From the NCBI GenBank assembly GCA_016875025.1, contig VGSH01000003.1, forward strand, positions 1 to 56,210: a stretch of DNA of 56,210 bases. Direction: 5' to 3'. The first letter of the stretch is position 1; each line of letters opens with the position of its first letter. Below are positions 48,718 to 56,210 of the stretch, piece by piece. Made by a program: the position numbers and the translations under genes. The DNA comes from Deltaproteobacteria bacterium. Lineage in GTDB: Bacteria > Desulfobacterota > WTBG01 > CAIYCZ01 > CAIRTM01. The notes under the pieces were generated by a model, which saw nothing but the letters and a program-made list of their open reading frames with translations, had not been told where the DNA came from and did not search any database.

Positions 48718-48833
48718 GGGATTGAAGCGGGCGCTTGTGTGTTCGCACAGAACATCTTGTGACGAATTTCAGTACCACACCAGAGCAGGCGCGCTGTGAT
48801 GCGGCCGGGGCTATGCCCGGCGCAGGTGCGGCC

Positions 48834-49235
48834 TCAGGATTCGAAATCACCGGATGCTTCGGGTTGATAGAGGATTTCGAGGATCTGCAGGGTTTTTGTG
48901 CGACCCTCCGGCATTGGCCAGTCAATCGATTGACCGACCGACAGGCCCAGCAGGGCCGAGCCGACCGGTGCGAGCACGGAAATTCTGCCGGCATCAGCAT
49001 CAGCCTGTGAAGGATAGACCAGCGTGAGGACAAGCTCCCGGCCTTCGTTTTCATCAAAAACCCGCACGCGCGAATTCATGGTCACGACATCAGGGGGTAT
49101 GTCTTTTGACTCGACAACAACAGCGCGGGCCAGTTCCTCCTCGAGCCTGAGCGTGTTCTGCGATGGCGCAAGGGTATCCAGCAGGCTTTCCAGCCGTTCC
49201 AGATCAGTGTGCGTCAGATACAATCTCTGTTCCAC
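48834..49235 (-). CDS. rnk: Regulator of nucleoside diphosphate kinase (GreA/B family)
   Basis: LEEELARA, PPDVVTMNS, LTLVYP, ISVLAPVGSALLG, YQPEA; probable GTG start. Confidence 0.93.
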   Translation of the reverse strand: MEQRLYLTHTDLERLESLLDTLAPSQNTLRLEEELARAVVVESKDIPPDVVTMNSRVRVFDENEGRELVLTLVYPSQADADAGRISVLAPVGSALLGLSVGQSIDWPMPEGRTKTLQILEILYQPEASGDFES

Positions 49236-49431
49236 GGCATATTCCCTTTCGTGCAGGCGGCACCCACCGGGCATCACCATGAGCCGGTTAAGCTGTACTG
49301 GTAAGCGTTATACTCGCAACGGAAGAACGGAAGTCTGATACCAGCTCCAAGGCTATCCAAACCGGCCGGTATTGTCAACCGTTATCGGCCTGCTCCGGAA
49401 ACTGTCTACCGTAGGCATTGAGGAACAGCGT

Positions 49432-52107
49432 TCAAACCGTGCCGGCCGAGGGTGATTCTTCAACGAGCTTTTTTTTAAGCTCCGAGAGCAGGGTCAGGGC
49501 CTGCAGCGGGGTAAGCGTGTTAATGTCAAGGCCTGAGAGCGTCTGCAGGACAGGATGCTCGCCAAGGGCTTTGCGCACCAGCTCCTGTGCAGTGTGCTCG
49601 CGGTGCTCATCCTTCAGGGGCTGAAACAGCGGCAGGTCGTAGACCGAGCCGGACGCCTTTTTCTTCTTTAAAATCTGGCTGATCGATTCTTCGGAGATTT
49701 TTTCCTCCTCAAGGCACAGCAGAATTTCTTCGGCGCGCTCGATAATCTCGCGCGGCAGCCCGGCCAGCTTGCCCACATGAATGCCGTAGCTGCGATCAGC
49801 GCTGCCGGGCACGACCTTGCGCAGGAACAGGACCCGGTCTTCGATCTCCTTGACGCTCACCGTGAAATTCCTGATGCCGGCTCGATGATCGGCCAGCTCG
49901 GTCAGCTCATGATAGTGCGTCGCGAAAAGGCACTTGGGCGCAAACCCGGGGCGGCTGAGAAACTCGCATACCGACCAGGCGATGCTGACCCCGTCGAACG
50001 TGGAGGTGCCGCGCCCGATTTCATCGAACACCAGCAGGCTGCGCTGCGTGGCATTATGCAGGATATTGGCGGTTTCGATCATTTCCACCATGAAGGTGCT
50101 CTCGCCGCGGGCGATATTGTCGGCCGCCCCGATGCGCGAGAACACCCGGTCAACCACGCCCATGCGCGCCAGGCGGGCCGGCACGAATGAGCCCATCTGC
50201 GCCATGAGCGTAATATGGGCCACCTGCCGGATGAAGGTCGATTTGCCGGCCATGTTCGGCCCCGTAATAATCAGGAGCTGGTCGCCGGCGGTGTCAAGAT
50301 GCGCGTCATTGTCGACAAACGCGCCCTTCTCAAGCGACTGCTCCACCACCGGATGCCGCCCGCCGGCGATATAGATGGTCGAGCTGTCGGTTATCTCGGG
50401 CTTGCAGTACTTGTTGGCCAGGGCGCACACGGCCAGCGCGGCCAGCGTGTCCAGCACCGCCACGGCATCGGCGGTCTGCTGGATGGCGGCGATGCGCTCG
50501 AGCACGGCAGCGCGCACCTGCTCATAAATACGCAGCTCAAGTTCGCCGGAGCGCTCATCAGCTCCCAGGATTTTTTCCTCGTAGGCCTTGAGCTCGGGCA
50601 CGATGAAGCGCTCGGAATTGACCAGCGTCTGCCGGCGGATGAAGTAGTCCGGCACCAGGTGCAGGTTCGGCTTGGTGATGTCGATATAGTAGCCGAACAC
50701 CCGGTTGTATTTTATCTTGAGGGATTTGATGCCCGTTTTTTCAGATTCTTTTTTCTGCAGCGCGGCAATCCAGTCCCGGGCATTGGTGGAGATGCCGCGC
50801 AGCTCATCCAGCTCGGCTGAATAGCCCGCGCGAACGAATCCGCCGTCGCGCACGCCCGGCGGGGGCTGGTCCACGATGGCGGCCTCGATCAGGTCGGCCA
50901 CATCGCCCAGCTCATGCATGCCCTCGAACTGCCGGGCTATCAAGGCCGTACCAAGGCCGGCAGCGGCTTCTTTCAGGCCCGGCACCGAGCGCAGCGACAC
51001 GGCCAGGGCCACGAGGTTGCGCGCCGAGGGCGTGCCGCAGGTGATGCGCCCCAGCAGGCGCTCCAGGTCACGGACCGGCTGCAGCAGGCGGCGGATGCGC
51101 TGGAGGATAGCGGAGTTCAGGGTCAGGGCCTCAACAGCGTCAAGGCGTTCGCGTATGTCCGCGGCGACAATCAGCGGCCGCACAAGCCAGGCCCCGAGCA
51201 GCCGGGCGCCCATGGGAGTCAGGGTCTGGTTGAGAACGCCGTAAAGCGTGGGCGCGTGGCGCTCACCTGATGCGGGCGCGAGCAGTTCTAGATTGCGCAG
51301 GGTCTGGCGGTCAAGCCGCATGTAGCGGCTGTGCTGCATCACGCGCGGAGCACGCAGATGGGCAAGCGCGCTATGCATGTTGTCCTGCAGGTAGTAGAGC
51401 AGGGCTCCGGCGCAGCTCAGGGCAACGGTCATGGTCTCGATGCCGAACCCGGCCAGGGACTGCACCCCGAACTGCTCACGCAGGCGCTTGACGGCCTGTG
51501 CGCGGTCGAACACCCAGCCTTCATATTCATTCATGACCGCGTGCAGTTCGCGCAGCGCGCAGGTAAGCGGGGCACGCTCAGTGCTGTCGGCCATCACCAG
51601 CTCACTGGGCCGCAGGCGCAGCAGCTCATCGGCCATGTCTGTCGGGGAGCTATGCTCGCTCAGCACAAAGTCGCCGGTGCCGAGATCAAGGGCGGCGCAG
51701 CCCCAGCAACCGTCCTGAATAAACACAGCGGCGATATAGTTGCAGTCTGCGCCGGTATCATCCTCGAGGTTGGTGCCGGGCGATACCATGCGCACCACCT
51801 CGCGCTTGACCAGCCCCTTTGCCTGCGCGGGGTCTTCCACCTGCTCGCACACGGCCACCTTGAGGCCGGCGCGGTTCAGCCGGTTGATATAGCCCTGGGC
51901 CGCGTGATAGGGCACCCCGCACATGGGTACCTTGCCGGCCTCTGCGCCGTCGCGCGCGGTCAGGGTGATGTCAAGAATTGCGGAGGCGCGCCGTGCGTCC
52001 TCGAAAAACATTTCATAAAAGTCTCCCAGGCGGAAAAAAAGCACCGTGTCGTCGCCGAGCGTGGCGCGAACAGACTGATACTGCCTGAGCATGGGAGTCA
52101 AGGTCAT
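49432..52107 (-). CDS. mutS: DNA mismatch repair protein MutS
   Basis: FRLGDFYEMF, TGPNMAGKST, STFMVEM, DEIGRGT, FATHYHEL. Confidence 0.98.
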   Translation of the reverse strand: MTLTPMLRQYQSVRATLGDDTVLFFRLGDFYEMFFEDARRASAILDITLTARDGAEAGKVPMCGVPYHAAQGYINRLNRAGLKVAVCEQVEDPAQAKGLVKREVVRMVSPGTNLEDDTGADCNYIAAVFIQDGCWGCAALDLGTGDFVLSEHSSPTDMADELLRLRPSELVMADSTERAPLTCALRELHAVMNEYEGWVFDRAQAVKRLREQFGVQSLAGFGIETMTVALSCAGALLYYLQDNMHSALAHLRAPRVMQHSRYMRLDRQTLRNLELLAPASGERHAPTLYGVLNQTLTPMGARLLGAWLVRPLIVAADIRERLDAVEALTLNSAILQRIRRLLQPVRDLERLLGRITCGTPSARNLVALAVSLRSVPGLKEAAAGLGTALIARQFEGMHELGDVADLIEAAIVDQPPPGVRDGGFVRAGYSAELDELRGISTNARDWIAALQKKESEKTGIKSLKIKYNRVFGYYIDITKPNLHLVPDYFIRRQTLVNSERFIVPELKAYEEKILGADERSGELELRIYEQVRAAVLERIAAIQQTADAVAVLDTLAALAVCALANKYCKPEITDSSTIYIAGGRHPVVEQSLEKGAFVDNDAHLDTAGDQLLIITGPNMAGKSTFIRQVAHITLMAQMGSFVPARLARMGVVDRVFSRIGAADNIARGESTFMVEMIETANILHNATQRSLLVFDEIGRGTSTFDGVSIAWSVCEFLSRPGFAPKCLFATHYHELTELADHRAGIRNFTVSVKEIEDRVLFLRKVVPGSADRSYGIHVGKLAGLPREIIERAEEILLCLEEEKISEESISQILKKKKASGSVYDLPLFQPLKDEHREHTAQELVRKALGEHPVLQTLSGLDINTLTPLQALTLLSELKKKLVEESPSAGTV

Positions 52108-52206
52108 GCGAAAATCCGGAATCGGTACCGCCCCCGCAAACGACGGGAACGCGTGTTCGCCAGAGAAGGTTGCGCCTGCCGTTCACTGCACAGCGCAACG
52201 GAATAT

Positions 52207-52941
52207 TCAGGCCGATTGCTGCCCTTCATCCGCCGCACTGCGCTCAACGTATAAAATACGGCGGCAGTGCGGGCAGGTATGCAATTGATCTCCCTGGACC
52301 ACCTCATTATAGATCTGCGGCGGGATTTTCATGCTGCAGCCGAAGCAGTATTCCTTGTCGGCCAGCGCAACCGCCACGCCGTTGCGGGCCTTGTGAAGCT
52401 GCTGATAGGTCTTGAGCATATCAGGCTTGATTTCCTGCAGCAGCGCTTCGCGTGCCTGGCGCTGTTTCTCGATATCTGCAAGATAGTCGCGAAGCTCGGT
52501 TTCCGCCTGCTGCTTCTTGGCATCGAACCGCCGGCCGGCTGCCTGCAGTGCCTCTTCCGCGGCGGCTGTCACATCCTTCGCGTTTTCAACAGCATCCATA
52601 ATCAGGATAATCTCATCCTCCTTTTTACCGATTGCCTGCTCAATTGATGAAATTTCATGCTGGGCGGCCGCGTATTCCTTGTTGGTTTTAATGGCCATCA
52701 TTTTTTCCTGCACTTTGCGCTTCTGGTCTTCCAGGATTTTAAGGGCCGTTTCATGCTCGCGATGTTTTTTAGCCAGGGCGTCAACCTCCTGCCGGACAGC
52801 CGAACTTTTCTCGGCTTCGCCGTCAAGCTCGCTCTGAAGCCTGGTTACTTCTTCCTCAAACTGCCGCTGAAGCGCTTCAGAGCGTTTGATGTTTGAGTCA
52901 ATCGTCTGCAGCCTGTAGAGCAATTCCATCTGTTTTTTCAA
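52207..52941 (-). CDS. Coiled-coil C4 zinc-ribbon protein (DUF164/CT398-like)
   Basis: LQTID, long coiled coil, CFGC..IPPQ...CPHCRRILY; AAGGAGG before TTG 52941. Confidence 0.9.
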   Translation of the reverse strand: MKKQMELLYRLQTIDSNIKRSEALQRQFEEEVTRLQSELDGEAEKSSAVRQEVDALAKKHREHETALKILEDQKRKVQEKMMAIKTNKEYAAAQHEISSIEQAIGKKEDEIILIMDAVENAKDVTAAAEEALQAAGRRFDAKKQQAETELRDYLADIEKQRQAREALLQEIKPDMLKTYQQLHKARNGVAVALADKEYCFGCSMKIPPQIYNEVVQGDQLHTCPHCRRILYVERSAADEGQQSA

Positions 52942-53050
52942 ACCGGCCTCCTTTGCCTGTTCATTTCCGCCGGACATGCAATCGGTTGCAGTTCCGGCCA
53001 TAGGTAAATCTCCAGGGTTGCTGCGCCCGGGCGGGATGAGCGCCGGGCAT

Positions 53051-53080
53051 AAAAAAAGCACCCGCTCAGTGGGGTGCTTT
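53051..53080 (-). terminator. Intrinsic terminator downstream of tRNA-Ile2
   Basis: Minus strand AAAGCACCC-loop-GGGTGCTTTTTTT. Confidence 0.8.
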
Positions 53081-53158
53081 GCAACGACAGCAACCGAATG
53101 CTGTTACTCCATACAAGGCGCTATCCATTTCAAACATCGCTGTCTCGCGGTAAAAGGG

Positions 53159-53234
53159 TGGTGGGCTCACCAGGGTTCGAACCTGGGACCATCCGGTTAT
53201 GAGCCGGGAGCTCTACCAGCTGAGCTATGAGCCC
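53159..53234 (-). tRNA. tRNA with CAT anticodon, most likely tRNA-Ile2 (lysidine)
   Basis: 76-nt cloverleaf GGGCTCA...CCGG-CTCATAA-CCGG...TGAGCCCACCA; paired G1-C72 and no GGG/CCC anticodon stem, so not initiator; located after rpoD. Confidence 0.93.
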
Positions 53235-53294
53235 GTTACAGCACAACAGGTACTATTGATGGGGTCGTGAAACTCCACAAAAACCAATTCTCAG

Positions 53295-53346
53295 GACGCG
53301 CCCGTAAAAAGTTCGCAACGCAGCATCCGGACTTTTTATGTGTGCG

Positions 53347-53350
<4 letters not shown>
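53295..53350. repeat. Compact hairpin repeat of the CGTAAAAAGT family at the rpoD stop
   Basis: GACGCGCCCGTAAAAAGTTCG / CGGACTTTTTATGTGTGCGTC imperfect inverted repeat. Confidence 0.75.
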
Positions 53351-55092
<1,742 letters not shown>

Positions 55093-55116
55093 CTATGGAA
55101 CTCCTTTCAGAGGTGT

Positions 55117-56210
55117 TCAAACATCATAGGTCGCGCTCAGTATCCGGCGCTTTTCCTGCAGCAGGTCCTGAGATGCACGCTGGTGCTGCCGGGCAGCATC
55201 TTCATCCCGGCCGGCTTCAGCCTGTTTCATCAGCGCGGTCACGCGCTCATACTCCCGTGCGTTTTTCTTAAGGCGAATGTCGCGGATACAGTCCGTGACA
55301 ATCTTGTGTGCCGGACCTGCGAGCGCTTCCGAATATGTCGCTTCGGCCATCAGCCTTCTGCCGGCACCGTCCGGCGCTTCATCAAGCAGCGCTGCACTGT
55401 CAATGCCGGCGCCGTTTCCGCTTTTCCCAATAACAAGACGGCACAGGTGCTGCAAAGCCGGATCGGCAAAATCATCCAGAACACCCGAACTGCCGACCGT
55501 TTGCGCAGCGCCGGGGTGCGCGATCATAAGCTGCAGTAGTAATTTCTCGGCATTTTTATGAAAATCTGAACGCTTTTCCGGCCGCTGCGCGCCTGCGGCG
55601 GGCTGATCCGCCGGCCGGGTCCCGCGCATGCGGGCGTTGATTTGCTGCTCCTGCAGGCCGAGGCGCCGGGCCAGCTTTTGAACATGCAGCTGCCGCTCCA
55701 GCGGATCAGCCAGCCTGCCCAGTATGGCAAGCGCTGAGTCGCAGGCGGCAACTTTTCCGGCCGGATCGGCAAGCGCGTGCTTTTGTATCGTTTTTTCAAT
55801 GACATGGTCAAGCAACGCTCCGGCGCTGCCCATGTATTCCTTGAATTTTTCAGGCCCGTTGCGTTTGACAAAGCTGTCCGGATCCTCCCCGGGCGGCAGC
55901 AAAATGAAGCGCGGGGCCAGCTGCGCGGCCAGAAACGGCTCAAGGCTGCGCATCATCGCGTTTTCACCGGCCGTGTCAGCGTCAAATACCATAATAACAG
56001 TTCGCGAATAGCGCCTGAGCAACCCGATGTGCTGTTCGCTCAGGGCCGTTCCCAGAGCGGCAACCGCATTCTGTATGCCTGCCTGGTGCAGGGTGATGGC
56101 GTCAAGATAGCCTTCCACCACCACAGAGCGGTCTTCGCGCGATATGTGCTGTGCGGCCAGATGCAGGCCGTAGAGACTGCCGCGCTTGCTGTATATCGAA
56201 GATTCGGGCG
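55117..56210 (-). CDS. dnaG: DNA primase, 3' part (5' end outside window)
   Basis: Toprim motifs VVEGYLD, LGTAL, FDADTAG, DPD; dnaG-rpoD synteny. Confidence 0.96.
   Translation of the reverse strand, partial: PESSIYSKRGSLYGLHLAAQHISREDRSVVVEGYLDAITLHQAGIQNAVAALGTALSEQHIGLLRRYSRTVIMVFDADTAGENAMMRSLEPFLAAQLAPRFILLPPGEDPDSFVKRNGPEKFKEYMGSAGALLDHVIEKTIQKHALADPAGKVAACDSALAILGRLADPLERQLHVQKLARRLGLQEQQINARMRGTRPADQPAAGAQRPEKRSDFHKNAEKLLLQLMIAHPGAAQTVGSSGVLDDFADPALQHLCRLVIGKSGNGAGIDSAALLDEAPDGAGRRLMAEATYSEALAGPAHKIVTDCIRDIRLKKNAREYERVTALMKQAEAGRDEDAARQHQRASQDLLQEKRRILSATYDV

Noticed and set aside
53159-53234. tRNA-Met or initiator tRNA
   Set aside because: Lacks initiator features; sequence and position after rpoD fit tRNA-Ile2 better, though elongator Met is not fully excluded

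Overview
A GC-rich bacterial chromosome segment; gene content and order suggest an anaerobic deltaproteobacterium (Desulfobacterota-like), which is an inference. Left to right: 3' end of rho, rpmE, prfA, prmC; a sigma54-type type IV minor-pilin operon (fimT/U-pilW-pilV-pilX-orf-pilY1); a ubiquitin-fold protein ending GGG-SF and a JAMM protease bracketing a 4Fe-4S/FAD-oxidoreductase/cytoplasmic parvulin operon; small signalling and enzyme genes, including an unlisted 41-aa rubredoxin-like ORF; a complete H-I-K-E-C-F-A-B-D A/V-type ATPase that resembles methanogen enzymes and has a Na+ motif, followed by an unlisted 55-aa membrane ORF; map, def; an ~11 kb type I restriction-modification island; MBL hydrolase, tRNA-Ser, EamA transporter, a frameshifted REC-REC-HD-GYP gene, phoH2, rnk, mutS, zinc-ribbon protein, tRNA-Ile2, rpoD and the 3' part of dnaG. 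The R-M island has an HTH-fused HsdM. Between hsdS and hsdR sit an AT-rich Ser/Thr kinase + unknown 399-aa protein + PD-(D/E)xK-like cassette and an AlbA/Schlafen-type gene flanked on both sides by matching arrays of short palindromes. Several nested MITE/REP-like repeats occur in intergenic regions. The strongest candidates for an undescribed system are the kinase triad and the palindrome arrays in the R-M locus. All family assignments are by motif recognition; no database search was run.
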